Positions 1-13,496 of a stretch of DNA of 64,000 bases are shown in pieces (position 1 is the first letter of the stretch; each line of letters starts with the position of its first letter). Source of the DNA: Nemertoderma westbladi (lineage: Eukaryota > Animalia > Xenacoelomorpha); contig JAUCBJ010003419.1 in the NCBI GenBank assembly GCA_032718475.1, positions 1 to 64,000 of the forward strand. Reading direction: 5' to 3'. The notes under the pieces were generated by a model. It saw nothing but the letters and a program-made list of their open reading frames with translations. It ran no database searches and was not told the origin of the DNA. Made by a program: the position numbers and the translations under genes.

Positions 1-135
1 CGAAACCATCTCCCGCTTCTCTCATCACTCAATCGAAACCGGAGAAGAAATTTGCACCAAAAACGAAAACACCTTTAATAACCTCGATAAAATAAAGAAT
101 GCACACTAATCACACATTAATATATATGTTACTTA

Positions 136-447
136 AGGCCCGTTCACATCCAACGGAACGGTACACCGCGCGGTGTACCGCAGGGCCAGGGTACACCGCT
201 GACTGTGAACGACTCAAACAGGTAGTTGTGCGCTAAACCGCGAGGTTTACCGCAGCCCATTTAAACAATGTTAAAACAATTAATGTAATTTCCTGTTGAA
301 TTCACAGTCCACAGATAGACAATCAGTTACCGCAGCGGTGCCGTTGGGTGTGAACGGGATCCGTGTAGTATATCGCTGGCTTACCGCTTCAATACTGCCA
401 GACTACTGTACTTTACCGCTCACGCATCGTGGGATGTGAACGGGGCT
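136..447. mobile_element. PIF/Harbinger-like MITE
   Basis: TIRs AGGCCCGTTCACATCC / GGATGTGAACGGGGCT, TTA on both sides (133-135, 448-450); non-coding. Confidence 0.75.
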
Positions 448-1607
448 TTAGCAAAGTTAGGTTTACGGTTATTTTGCACTTTAGTTTACCAGGCCCTGAA
501 ATTTGTATAAGTATTGCTTATGTAATACAGGTGTTGTAGAATATACTGTAATTATTAAAAAAAAATAAAAAAAAACATTTTTCATTTACTTTTATTTTTT
601 TGATATATTTTTTATTAAAGATTTTTTATATTTTTATATATATTTTTTTTTTATTATATTTTTTATCTTATTTAAAAAAAATGTTTAAAATAAAACATAA
701 GTGTTCTAGAACATCAATGATGTTGGTATGGTAGGTGTTATAGTTAAGTTTGAACATATTTGAAAAAGTCATGGCCTGGTCAACAAAGTGCAAAAGAACA
801 TATATCAGCTGATCCCATCTAATCGATACTACGACATTTATAAACGATATTAAGCGACATTTTCTTACGTTGAGAAGAGACTCCCCTGACCCCGCGTTCA
901 CCAACCACACCTGAGACGTCAAGGCCTGTGAGATCGGCAAATATTAACCCGGTGCACCACAAACTCTACTGGAATATTCCATGAACTCGAGAACTCGTGG
1001 AAGCGATGAGCTGTAATCACCCACCTCCCCCTCCCAGGCCCGTATCGTGCGGGGGGGCTTTGGGGGCACTGCCCCCCCAGAGAAGTCCCACTGCCCCCCC
1101 AGACATGTATTGTTCACTCGTCTTGTTCACAATTAATTAATAATAATATTGTTGGTAATCAATATTATTGGATTCACATACTCCTGCCCATTGACCTGAC
1201 CTGACTCCCCACCATTCCATTTGGTCCAATTCTATAACTACATGACATTATATACCTACCTACCTACCTGTAATTACTAAAAATACTCGAAAGCTCTAGG
1301 TTCTCTCATTGGCTACCAGGGTGGAGGGGTTGTTTGTTGTTGACCCATTGTCTATTTGCTTGTAGTTTGGGAGCCAGCTTGCAGCTAAAAGGCTTGGCGC
1401 TGAGGGTTGCTTGCGCTGGTATCCATAGCTATAATTTGTTGTAACTTAACCTTAACCATATTATACCTGAAGTGGGTCCTTCGCGCAGCACGTGATATAA
1501 ACTTATGTAAGTGTAATCTTGAAAGAAAAATAAGCAAAATCTAAGCAGATGCCCTTGATCACTTTACACCAGCCTAGAGGCAGGCTTGAAAACTGCAGTC
1601 GATTTAA

Positions 1608-2584
1608 CCCTTGTGCTCTCTTTGAGGTCATTTTTGACCCATCGAAGATTTAAACTTACACAATTTTATCACACATTGATATTTTATCTCGAAATTTTGT
1701 GACATTTATTATTTTATAGTACTTCTCAATTAGAAAAACAAAAATGTAAAAATTTGCAAGGGGGTCTATTCAATTTTACAATTTATAGGGGCCTACACAT
1801 ATTGACTTTGAGGTCAAATTTCACCTCATCGTGTTTTGTACCTGTACCATTCAATATCAACGAAAAACTTTTTTTGAATTTCAACTCAGTTCGCAAATCA
1901 GATGTCATCAAATGGGCCCAAACTTAGATAGATACCAAAATTTTGATTTGGGGATGACAGGAAATATTCCCACAGGCACATGGCCAGTTCCTGCCCTTGG
2001 CACAAGTGAGTCATATTCCCCATTTTGTGATGATCAACTTCTAGTATTCCTACTGCATTGATATTATGCTCATTTAGAACCGCAATGACCGATTTAGTTG
2101 TTGTAGACACCTTCAAAACAAGCATAGAGCGAATAGTTTTTGAGATATTTGTCAGGTATTTGTCAATATCGCATCAAGGCGCTAATTTTGACTTGTGCCG
2201 GACTTCACATTATCTGCAATATCTCAAAAACTATTCGCTCTATGCTTGTTTTGAAGGTGTCTACACCAACTAAATCGGTCATTGCGGTTCTAATTGAGCA
2301 TAAATATCAATGCAGTAGGAATAATAGAAGTTGATCATCACAAAAATGGGGAATATGACTCACTTGCGCCAAGGGCGGGAACTGGCCATGTGCCTGTGGG
2401 AATATTTCCTGTCATCCCCAAATCAAAATTTTGGTATCTATCGAAGTTTGGGCTCATTTGATGACATCTGATGTGCAAACTCAGTTTAAATTCGACAAAA
2501 AGTTTTTTTGGACCACCCCAACCCTCTCATTTACCTGAGGTCAAAATTGACCTCAAAGGAATCATCTGTTTGAGAAACGAAGGG
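1608..2584. mobile_element. piggyBac-like MITE nested in the hAT element
   Basis: TTAA|CCCTTGTGCTCTC ... GAGAAACGAAGGG|TTAA; subterminal GAGGTCA-n-TGACC motifs. Confidence 0.65.
1863..2508. repeat. Long inverted repeat (about 290-bp arms, about 65-bp loop)
   Basis: 1863-2150 is the near reverse complement of 2218-2508 (e.g. GCGAATAGTTTTTGAGATATT / AATATCTCAAAAACTATTCGC). Confidence 0.9.
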
Positions 2585-4449
2585 TTAAGACCACAGAAAA
2601 AGTTTAAATGACACAGCTAATGGTCGAGTACAATTGTGCCAAGTTTCAGCTTAAACGGATTAAAAGCAAAGAAATGGGAGGACATTTCATGTTTAGACAT
2701 GTAGCCATCTAGCGGGAGACTGTTGAACTGTTGGGGTCAAAAGTCGCTAAATAATGTCAAGTTTTGGACATATTTATGCCTACAAAATTTTCAATTCGAC
2801 AGCTTTAAATAAATTCTGCCTTATTTGAATGTCAAAATAGTTACGTCAACAACTATTTGCCATTATTGACATTCTCCTTAACAGTGTCAATTCGCCAAGG
2901 CTCCGCCAACTTCGTGGCTCGCCCCACACACCTTTAAACAATATTGATTATACTTTATGTACTAAATTAACTCTCACTTTGTTGTATGCTCACCAAATCC
3001 CAGTTATGGGTTTGCCCCCCCAGATTTGGCCTCTGCCCCCCCAGATATTATGATCACCATACGGGCCTGCCCCCTCCCCCAACCAAAGTATAAATAATTA
3101 GTATTTTTATTACATCACATTTTTTATATTTAACTATGATTTTATTTTCCATGATTGGGGGCGTGGGCGTATCTATAATAATAAATTCAATAATTCCATA
3201 TTCATAACCGATAAATTGCTACACTACAGCATTAGACTGTTATACTGTGCGACTACTTGTTTCAGATGCTGATATCATCATAGTGACCCCCCCCCTGATA
3301 TATCTGTATTATGCATTGCTTATTTTATAAAATTAACTGTATTTACCTTTTTAGCTTTTTTTTTACAAATTGAAGTTTGTGCGACAAAGTGAAAAATCAC
3401 AAACCGAAACTATAAAACTAAAATGTAACCAAACCTGCAATAAGTAACTAAAATTAAGGTATTATAAATTTCTAAATTGGCAAAATAAATTGATGATAAC
3501 TTTTGCAAACTTTCTTATTTACACTTTTTTATTTTTTTTTAACAATTAATCAATTAAAATACCCAGTCGGCTACTTCAGTTGCCACACAACTAATAGAAT
3601 CAACTCATCTGATTTAATAACAAAATGGTTAGTAAGTGGCTTATTCCGTTAAAAATAATGTCATAAAAAATGTAAAAAATAATGTATTTTATACTTTATA
3701 TTGAAAAGGTGCCGCGGGCACCTAACAAGCGGCCCCTTGGCGGGCGGCGGCCCGGGTGCACTCGCACCCATTGCACCCCCCTTAATACGCCCCTGACTGC
3801 AGTTAGTTGTTGCAGCACTTACAAGCTGAAGTATTGCTGCTACCAAGAAGCCAAGGACAACTCTACATTGGCTTGGCTGCTACCCACCGCTACCACCACC
3901 TGTACTTTTACAATGTCCCGCTAATATCTTATTACAATGACGAGCATTTTAAATTAGCAGCCTCTAATGCCTTTATTATTGTCATTAGGAGGACCACCTA
4001 ATTCAAGCGCTTTCTTATTGATTGGTAGAATATTAAAATATTTTAATCGTCCAATCAGAGACTGCGGGGGGGGGGGCAATCAGAGAGTGCTTGAAAATAG
4101 GATGTTCTAACGCCTCCGTCCAATCAGAGACTGCGGGGGGGGGGGGGGGGGGGTGTCGAAATACAATGTAGCCTTCCCGTTCGCACATTATTTTTGGACC
4201 GTGCAGCACTCAAATTGGAAATCTGTTAGGGTTCGTTCGGTTACTTTCCTGTGTAGTGATGCCAGAAGCTCCTGACACTCTGTGTCTGGTGTTTTTTATT
4301 GTGTTTACAATTTTATATTATACTAGAAAGCCTGTGGCCCTTCGGGCCACAGCTTTCTAGTGCACGTGCAGATGATATATGAATATGTGTGGGAGATTTG
4401 AGAACTGCATACGGAACAGACACCATCATTAAATAAAACACCACCCCCA

Positions 4450-6090
4450 TAAGAGATAACTGTCAAGTTTCAACTTTAGGCAGATTGTAAATAACAAAAT
4501 TTCCAGAAAATGATCACTTTCAGATCCACCCTCTACCTGCGGACTGGTGAAATGCAGACGGCGCTGCAGTTTGGTAAAGATTGGGTTTATGGTGAAGTAA
4601 AATGCCTGCCTTTCAAGTTTCAGCTTAAACAGATTGTAAATAACAAAATTGGTGTAGATGTTCACATTCAGACATTTCACCCTCTAACGGTAGACTGAAG
4701 AACTGTAGACGACTCTGGGACTCCGCAAAGATACAGAATATGCTGTAGTAGACTCCTGCCAAGTTCCAGCTCAATAGGATTAAAAAGAACCAAATGGGAT
4801 GAGGTGTTCACTATCAGATATTTCGCCCTCTAGCGGCAGATACGGACTGCCACCAGCGGGGATCGAACCCGCGTCTCCCGAAAAACGTTCAGTTATGCTA
4901 ACCACTTAGAACTCTGTGACTCCGAAAAGGTACAGCCTATGCTGTAGTAGAAGCCTACCAAGTTTCAGTCTAAACCGTTAGTAAATAACAAGTTGGAGAA
5001 GATGTTAACTTTCAGACATTTCACCCTCTAGCGGTAGACTGGGGAAGTGAATAGGATTCTGCAACCCCGTAAAGATACAGCCTATGATGTAGTAGATACC
5101 AACCAAGTTTCAGCTCAAAATGATTAAAAAGAACCAAATGGGATGAGGTTTTCACTATCAGACAATTCGCCCTCTAGCGGCTGACTGTGGAACTGTAGAT
5201 GACTCTACTACTCCGCAAAGATATAGCCTATGCTATAGTAGATGCCTACCAAGTTTCAGTCTAAAAGGATTGTAAATAACAAAGTTGGAGGAGATGTTAA
5301 CTTTCAGACATTTCGCCCTCTAGCGGTAGACTGGGGAATTGTAGACGACTCTGCGACTCAGTAAAGATACAGCCTTTGCTGTAGTAGATGCCTACCAAGT
5401 TTCAGTCTAAACGGATTGTAAATAACAAAGTTGGAGAAGATGTTAACTTTCAGACATTTCGCCCTCTAGCGGTAGACTGGGGAATTGTAGACGACTCTGC
5501 GACTCAGTAAAGATACAGCCTTTGCTGTAGTAGATGCCTACCAAGTTTCAGTCTAAACGGATTGTAAATAACAAAGTTGGAGAAGATGTTATCTCTCAGA
5601 CATTTAGCCCTCTAACGGTAGACTGGGGAATTGTAGACGACTCTGCGACTCAGTAAAGATACAGCCTTTGCTGTAGTAGATGCCTACCAAGTTTCAGTCT
5701 AAACGGATTGTAAATAACAAAGTTGGAGAAGATGTTAACTTTCAGACATTTCGCCCTCTAGCGGTAGACTGGGGAATTGTAGACGACTCTGCGACTCAGT
5801 AAAGATACAGCCTTTGCTGTAGTAGATGCCTACCAAGTTTCAGTCTAAACGGATTGTAAATAACAAAGTTGGAGAAGATGTTAACTCTCAGACATTTAGC
5901 CCTCTAACGGTAGACTGGGGAACTGTGGACAACTCAGTGACTCCGGAAATATACAGCCTATGCTGCTGCTGCAGTATATAGCAACCAAGTTTCAGCTCAA
6001 AAGCATTAAAAACAACCCAATGAGATCAGGTTTTCAGTATCGAACAATTCGCCCTCTAGCGGCAGACGGTGGAACTTCAGACGGCTCTGA
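4450..6090. repeat. 146-bp tandem array inside the Helitron (about 11 units, central ones near-identical)
   Basis: GTAGACGACTCTGCGACTCAG recurs at 5341, 5487, 5633, 5779; diverged units on each side. Confidence 0.9.
4848..4910 (-). pseudogene. tRNA-derived fragment with A/B-box-like motifs
   Basis: Minus: AAGTGGTTAGCATAACTG...GGGAGACGCGGGTTCGATCCCCGCTGGTGGCA; T-arm GCGG-GTTCGATCC-CCGC; acceptor 5' strand not evident. Confidence 0.5.
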
Positions 6091-6826
6091 GTATTACGTT
6101 GCAACAAGTTAGGGCAAGACCTATCTAACGAGCTATAGTAAGCGAGATTTCATCGAGATTAGATGTATAATATTAGATAAAAGAATATAGGCCTACAGAA
6201 ATAATTATTTTACTTTTAATATTCATAACAGTAAAACAAAAATGTTATAAACCTCTCCTTTTCCATGCAGCCAATGATTGAGAAAGCAGAATTACTCTGA
6301 GCAATTCGCAACAGACAACCCAAACCCACCCCAATCAACACTCCAGCCTGCTTGCTCCTTATCTGTGCCCAGCCAGCTAGCTGCGAGTTCAATAATTACC
6401 TTAACGTTGCTATGATACAGAAAACAATCCTTCCCTATTCAATACCAATAGGCCAATTCGATCGTGCTTGGCGAATATGACATATTTATACACTATTTGG
6501 TTTTTAATCAATAAATAATCATACATATTTATATTAAACACTCGAATAAAATAAAAACTTTGTGAGAATGGGACACGGCGAATCTACTCATGTTAATTTT
6601 ATACCAGATGGGATAAATGTTAGCCCTCTAAATAATTAATTACCGATAGAAGAACCGAAATAATTCGATAAATTTCGCCCGAAAATCACGAAAATCGCCC
6701 TCTAGCGGCAGACGGGTGAACTTCAGACGACTCTGAGTATTACGTTGCAACGAGTTAGAGCGAGACCTTTCTAACGAGCTATAGCAAGCGAGATTTCATC
6801 GAGATGGGTTCGATTGTATAGCTGAT

Positions 6827-6863
<37 letters not shown>

Positions 6864-7819
6864 TCGAGATTTATATATATTAGATATAGAAAAAAGTAAG
6901 AAAAATATTGAAACTCTGGAGAATTGGGGGATGTCAACATTTTGAAATGCATACTGCTCCAAAAAGTGAATAAAGTAAGTAGAACTAAAGTTTAATAAGA
7001 GTTTAATAAGAGTCTAAGAGTTTAATATACATTTTGGGTGGACTACAGTATATTGAATTGTAATATTTTCAAAAAAATTTCATTTTAGACGCCCAAAATT
7101 TATTTTTTGTCTTAAAATGGTAGAGTTTTGATATATACTGTAATAATGCTTTATTTTCAGAAGTGGTAACCTGTTTTTCTTTGGAATCAGCATTACGTGA
7201 AAAAATTCGCCCAGAAGCTTTGTTTCGTACTTTTCAAGGAAAATACCGGTACCGCGCTATTTTTCAAAATAATTAAAAAAACAACTTGTTTTTTTCGTAA
7301 AAGATGTTATACTGTAACAAATGAAAAATTGCAAAACTAAAAAAAAACGCTTGAATTTTATTATTGCGCACACCACTAGCTTTTACCACCAATTGATTGA
7401 AAAAAGGCGCATATTTCAGTGTCATATTCGTGATCAGCGTCACAAAAACCAATATGGTGAACAAATCAATTTGATTTCGTGGTGATTTTTCATTATCATA
7501 TTTCCACTACTTGCTTTTTTCGTGACCAGGTTTTTCACATTAAAAAATGTATTTTATTATGTAAAATTTTATATTTGAATTCTATAATCGTAATCAGCAT
7601 CCAAAAAAATCCGCTATTTTTCGCAAATACATTTTAACTTCAGTTAGCCACAAAAACTTTTGATAATTTTAGTACGAAAAGTACTGAAGATGGATGCCAG
7701 AGGGGGACCACAGCACGACCACCCCCGCCCCACAGGAGTATTTATTGGACGACAAAGCGCAATCAAGCACTTAGTAAAATACAATTCCGTCTCCATTAAA
7801 TAATTTACGCGACGTTATA

Positions 7820-9043
7820 CCGTGACCATAGAGCCAGAACAACACATACCACAATTTTTCAAAAAAAAAATTTTTCACCAAAATTACTCAAGATGGCGCT
7901 CTACATCTTATGTTAAAATCCTAGACTTGTATGTCAGTCCGTTTAGGAGATATGGAAAACCAGAACAACCCTCACAACATAAAAGTTGAAAACTGTTAGA
8001 GGTAAAACAACACATACCACACGTATTCGAAGCAAAGAACCCACACCACAACCAATGCAATGTAATGTGTTTAATGTAATGCAATGTATGGCAACTCCTG
8101 TATATTATTTATAAACGAATCAAAAGAAGCCAAATTTTTCTGGAATATGTATTTAAATTAACGGCAAAGTTGATTAATATAAGCTATTCCGCACTACCTG
8201 ACGCGAGTTAAGTCCTAATGTAGATTACCGGTACAGTAATGTCGTTTTTAGGATCTGATGATGAGCCTTTACGGCCAAAAAACAAGTCATCGAAAATGAT
8301 ACTTTTGTCATAATCTATTTGATTTTTAAATAATTTTAGTATTGGATCAAATCTAAATTATTATAATTACTTGCTTTCAAATGAGTTATTATCGGAGTAG
8401 GGCTATTTATAGAAATTACCATTTAAATCACATGTGCTCAATTGAGAATTCACCAGTAGGTGATGCCGATGTACAAATGGAGTACGTTGATGACTTGGAG
8501 TTTACAGAGTTAAATTATATTCCACATCTAGTTGTAGTGACGATGAGGATGATCTTAGTCCAAATTTATCTAGGTATAGCAATGACGTCATAGGGAAACA
8601 TATGAGGAAGCCTGGCAAAGGGCGAAAAAGATCCAATAGCGCAGCATGGAAATGTAATGTGCGTAAGTCCGACGCGACATTTAAATATCTATCATGCTTT
8701 ACCAGGAAAAACACCATTCAATAGTCGAGGAATGACGTGAGTTGATCTGTTTCTGTGATAAAATCCTAGAGGTAAAACAACACACACAGACTACAGTTAA
8801 TGTTAAATTTCAGTATGTGTTGTTTTGCCTCTTTGGAAAATAACGAAAAAAAAACAGTTTTTTTCAATAATAAAATTTATTCTGAATGCTAGCCACTATT
8901 ATAAAATGTATCATTGTATCTTCCCAAACCTCTCTCAAAAAGTTTAGGAGACGGGATCCATATAGAGGGAAATGAGAAGGTTTTTTGCATTTTTCTCGAA
9001 ACCACATTTTTTGGTGAGTGTTGTTCTGGCTCTTTGGTCACGA
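7820..9043. mobile_element. Non-autonomous TIR DNA transposon flanked by TATA
   Basis: TIRs CCGTGACCATAGAGCCAGAACAACAC / GTGTTGTTCTGGCTCTTTGGTCACGA; internal AGAGGTAAAACAACAC repeats; short basic peptide remnant GKGRKRSNSAAWKCNVRK near 8610-8670. Confidence 0.75.
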
Positions 9044-10386
9044 TATAACCAATAGTACAGTAGGCCTGTATTGCTCGAATATTCGTATAGAATGCATAAG
9101 CGTCCTGTCGACCGCTACATCACAGACACTTTCACTGTTTTGAGTAACACGCTAGTATATTGAATTAATAATGGTGATATTTTGGGGCCATGGGAAAAAA
9201 TTAATTTATCAGATTTTATATATAAATATATTTTCAGAATTGAACTGTTCTAGAACATATTTTTCGCTATTTTACTATAATCTATGTTCTTTTAACTTAT
9301 TTTATTTAAATATAGAATAGTGTGACGGTCACATTACATGATAGTATTAATAACGGGTGATGACTTGCTATTAAACCTAACCAAAATGAAACAAAAAGAC
9401 AAATCAATATGCAAGAAAATTAATTATAGAAAAATAAATTGCAATATTTAATTTGAACAAATAATACAAACGAGTAAGTAAGTATATATAAAATAGGAAT
9501 GGAATGACAAAAATATTATATACATCATGTATATGCAAAATGGGTCTGGGTCATAATCATAAAAGCTCAGGCTATGTTGTGATACAATAATATAGTGACG
9601 CTATATACACATTACGAACTTATACGGTGTATAGATTTATAACGATTTCATTTAGAAATAAGTAGCCGAAATATGAAACTAAATACAATTTATGGTATCT
9701 TCTGAAAGTCTTTTATCCTGGCTTTGGTGTTGGTTAAGTGTCGATTAATGTAGTTGACATGTAAATAATATATAGTATTAAATATATTTACTTTTACTGG
9801 CGACCAACAACTTTCATTGTCAGAACTTCCATACATACCAGCTCAACAATCACGGACATTACCGTATAATTAGGAAGTTTGGAAATGAGAAAATTGTAAA
9901 TCGGATTCTAGAAGGAGAAAGATTATGTAATACCGAAGATATTGAGATTAAAAGCACTTATTTACTCAGATCTCTAAGGTGGAAAACTATGGAGAAATAT
10001 ATAAATGTATGAACCGAGTTTGCATAGCAACCAAATTAAACCTGGATACGGGCTTTCAGAAGATACCAAGGAAGCATATTTATTTTCGTTCACATCTCAG
10101 AGAGTTATTAAGAAATGAAATCGTATGAAACTTTTGGGACACCATAATGTACCTATTTGCAACTTATGGTCTCCTAAACCTTGGTGTATTACCTTCTGCC
10201 TTTAGTGTGATTATTCCGTGAATTCACCCATGTAAAATAAAGTAGGAGGGTGTGCTATAAAGCCATACTTTATGACGCGGTTCTCCAAGTCGGTTGAACT
10301 ATAAGGTTGCAAGTAGATTTATTATTATTGTTTAATTTAGAAACAACAAAAACAATTTGAATAAAAATTCTATAATTATTTTTGTC

Positions 10387-13326
10387 TTAAATTAATAAAC
10401 TAGAAGATGTGAGATGATAGGCGATTTCATCCAAAGACATTGTTATGTCGTCATGGTGACAAATAAACAAATAACGAGACTTTTTCCGCTCATTGGATGA
10501 GATCTTCTTCGCTTTTACCCAATAGCATAGCTTCTGCGACTTACCTCCTGGCCAATCAGGAGGCTTGACGCAATGGAACAAGGTCCCGCACTCCAGAACG
10601 CCGTCATCTAACCGGGACTTAAGATAAGCGACCCGGACCATAAAGTTAGTCACTATAGATTGTTGGAGATTCGACTTAACGGACTCGAGTTCGTAATGAT
10701 TGGGAGCGAAACGAACGGAAGTCGACGGATCGACGAGAATATAATGGAATAAACCCAAATCCTGGATGTTCTTATACCCGAGACTTGGGTATTCGAGGTT
10801 GTACTTAGCCGGGACGCGATCACCAGTAACGTCCTTCTTACCATCGGAAGATTCCGGAGCGAATGACGGCTGAGAATTCCGACGGAATAACCTGGATATG
10901 GAGGAGGAGCGGTGTTTGTGCGGGATCTTACCGCCGCCCGAGGGACTGCGCGACTTCCCGCGCGCAAACAGTTTGGATAACGAACGTCCGCGAGTCGTCG
11001 ACGGCTCGTCGCGATCGCTTCTCGGTTGCGAGGAACTCCGGGCGCGTTTAGCTACTTCCGATATCCTACGTCTCGACGCTGTTACTAAGGGAACTCGCGG
11101 ACGCTTAATAAACGCGTTAGGGGAAGTTATATTGATACAATGGGTCTGTAAGCCGCCCCCTTTGAGGCCATCCTCTAGGGAGTTAATCAAACCAGTTCGG
11201 GATGCCAGCGAGTTTATAGATTGTATCATTTGGTTCTGGAACTGGATTTCCATGACGACTGGGGACACTGTCTCCCCTACTGAGTTCAATACGGTAGCGA
11301 AGGTAAACAAACCGCGTTTAACGATCAAAAGAAACGATCGATGGGAGAACGTTTGAAAAGTTTTATTATCCGATTCGATTCGATCAGGAAATATTTCCTT
11401 CCAAACAGTGGCGGTTGAGTTATAGGAATAGGTTCGGAGGTTTAGAAGATTGAAATACCGACAATAGAGCGAAACGAAACAGAGTAATCGCGAGTTCAGA
11501 TGGTTGGAGACCAAATAATCTTTGTAATAAAGACAACCGCCTACCGAGTAGAACCAGTTGCGAGAATCGTTGCGGGCGGCTTTCATAGCATTTACGGAAG
11601 ATAACTTAATCAACTCGCAGTCGAAAACGAGTTTAATATCGTTGGGAATTTTGATAACCTGGGAGGAAGTGAGGGATAGCAGATCGTAGGAATGCGGTGG
11701 AGTTGTTAGGAATCTATCGAAGAAGGAAGATATAATGTAGTCGAGTTGTATCGAGTTGGAACGGCGAAGGAATCCCGAGTTTAGATCGCGGAACATCGTA
11801 GAAACCAACTGGACAACCGCGGATATAATGAGTTCCATTTCGTACCGAGTCGCTAACGCAGCTGGAAGGATAACCAACAACATCTCCTTGTCTATCTGTC
11901 GGACTCCCACCGTCATGGGAACGTCTCGGAAGGTCATCGACAGGGTGACCACCTTCGCCTTGAGATTCTTCTTGAAGACGTCGCCGAGGGTCAGAAAGAA
12001 TCCCCTTAAATTTAATAACTTTTCGCCAGTCGCGTTTTCCGGGTAACTATACATTACATCGGATTGCGTTTGATTACTTTCAGTTTCGTTGAAAGTTAGA
12101 TATTGTATAGAATACGGGGTTGTTATGGAGTCGGATTTGGTCTTGTAGATTCCGTCGACTGGATCGCTTACGTTGACTAAACCGTTAGCGAACGTCGTCA
12201 TCAGTTTATCGGCACCGTCAGGTTTACAGACCGGCGATAAAAAGTTCAAAACGAAAGTATCTGATTGTTTAAACCTATTTATTATTTCGTCGAGGTTGTT
12301 ATTGTTTACAGAAACGTCGTTTATTGAAAGTAAAATGTCACCGATATTGATTTTCTCGCTTAGAAACGCCGGGCTGTAGGGAAGTAAAGCGATGACGTAA
12401 AGACAGTCTGCTTCACGATCTACTACGACGCCGGTGAGCGACTCCAGGGGACCTAACGCGCTGGCGATAGAAGAACTGTCTCGGGTCACTTCTATTTCAA
12501 CTTGTTTCTCTCTGCGATTGGGAATGTCGAGGTTATTAGCGACTTCTACGGAACTTCGCGGACTGGTGGCCGCGGTTAGTATCGGAAGCGAATCGGCGAG
12601 GTCCTTCAGGTAACTCGGAAGCGGTTTGTTGTAGACACCCGTGGTGGTGACCTCCTCGTGTTTGGGGGCGCAAGGGGGCGCTTTACTGTGGGACTTGGCG
12701 GACATAACGCGGGACTTTATGGAGTGGGCTTTATGCGCGATCGAGTGTTCGTGTCTGTGGTGGACGCGCGCAGCGAGGCTCAACGTCGGTTTCACGAGAC
12801 TCGCGGACGACGCAACGGGTTCCGTTACCGAATTCACCCGTCGCGATTCATCCGTTGTTGTCTCCAAGTCGTCCATCGTTCCGTACATGTAGGATGGAGG
12901 TTCCTCGGTAGCGGGTTGCTGGGAGTCCCGATACTCTGGCGGGTGAAGGTTGTGTTCCTCTGCTAGATATGGGTCGGGTCTATCAGAACCAGCTGCGATC
13001 GGCTCGGGATCCGGACTACCTCCATCTACTGTCCGACTCTTCGCGATAATCATTTTATTGTCGAGATTTCGATTTACCGCGTCGGTATCGATGTCGCTGT
13101 CATCGGTTAGTGAGCAGGAATACTCTGAATCGCTAACACCAGCGGTCACAACGGTGTCACGACCAACGGTGTCACGGCCACCGGTGTCCCAACCAACATC
13201 ATAATTATTTCCAGTATCGCCGTCACAGATTCCCTGACTAGTGATTGTTGGAGTTGCGAAGTATTGTAGCAACCTCGATCTCCTTCTAGAGCCTCCAACA
13301 TTATCTGGCTGGGCAGCAGAAGCCAT
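10387..13326 (-). CDS. INTU: Protein inturned (CPLANE/planar cell polarity effector), 979 aa, intronless CDS
   Basis: PDZ domain (LTGVVVDREADCLYVIALLPYSPA...INIGDILLSINDVSV), longin-region motif LRGFFLTLGD, C-terminal YWVKAKK...LFICHHDD...EIAYHL resembling the Inturned C-terminus. Confidence 0.88.
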   Translation of the reverse strand: MASAAQPDNVGGSRRRSRLLQYFATPTITSQGICDGDTGNNYDVGWDTGGRDTVGRDTVVTAGVSDSEYSCSLTDDSDIDTDAVNRNLDNKMIIAKSRTVDGGSPDPEPIAAGSDRPDPYLAEEHNLHPPEYRDSQQPATEEPPSYMYGTMDDLETTTDESRRVNSVTEPVASSASLVKPTLSLAARVHHRHEHSIAHKAHSIKSRVMSAKSHSKAPPCAPKHEEVTTTGVYNKPLPSYLKDLADSLPILTAATSPRSSVEVANNLDIPNRREKQVEIEVTRDSSSIASALGPLESLTGVVVDREADCLYVIALLPYSPAFLSEKINIGDILLSINDVSVNNNNLDEIINRFKQSDTFVLNFLSPVCKPDGADKLMTTFANGLVNVSDPVDGIYKTKSDSITTPYSIQYLTFNETESNQTQSDVMYSYPENATGEKLLNLRGFFLTLGDVFKKNLKAKVVTLSMTFRDVPMTVGVRQIDKEMLLVILPAALATRYEMELIISAVVQLVSTMFRDLNSGFLRRSNSIQLDYIISSFFDRFLTTPPHSYDLLSLTSSQVIKIPNDIKLVFDCELIKLSSVNAMKAARNDSRNWFYSVGGCLYYKDYLVSNHLNSRLLCFVSLYCRYFNLLNLRTYSYNSTATVWKEIFPDRIESDNKTFQTFSHRSFLLIVKRGLFTFATVLNSVGETVSPVVMEIQFQNQMIQSINSLASRTGLINSLEDGLKGGGLQTHCINITSPNAFIKRPRVPLVTASRRRISEVAKRARSSSQPRSDRDEPSTTRGRSLSKLFARGKSRSPSGGGKIPHKHRSSSISRLFRRNSQPSFAPESSDGKKDVTGDRVPAKYNLEYPSLGYKNIQDLGLFHYILVDPSTSVRFAPNHYELESVKSNLQQSIVTNFMVRVAYLKSRLDDGVLECGTLFHCVKPPDWPGGKSQKLCYWVKAKKISSNERKKSRYLFICHHDDITMSLDEIAYHLTSSSLLI

Positions 13327-13496
13327 TCAAGCAATAGACTTATAGCGAGTAGCGAGAACGAGTCAATAGAACAGGGCGGTGGTTGTCGGTGGCGTATTTA
13401 GTCAAACCCCAAAATAAACACTACCGTAAACAAATAAATTGAAGTTGAGGTAATAATAACATGAAGACATACAAGTTAGGCGGAGCAATTGTCTGA

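Larger units (their letters stand above)
1035..3069. mobile_element. Non-autonomous hAT-like element with nested insertions
   Basis: TIRs CAGGCCCGTA / TACGGGCCTG; exact 8-bp TSD CCCCCTCC (1027-1034, 3070-3077); subterminal TGCCCCCCCAGA repeats at both ends. Confidence 0.8.
4323..6884 (-). mobile_element. Non-autonomous Helitron
   Basis: Minus strand: A|TCTAATATATATAAATCTCG then (GTCT)n at the 5' end; 3' hairpin CTGTGGCCCGAAGGGCCACAG then TTTCTAG|T; A/T target; internal tandem array. Confidence 0.8.

Noticed and set aside
8255-8285. CTGATGA hammerhead candidate
   Set aside because: No GAAA after the stem and no stems I/III
10653-13334. Short ORFs overlapping INTU (likewise those over the kinase and DNAI3)
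   Set aside because: Antisense or alternative-frame shadows of real CDSs
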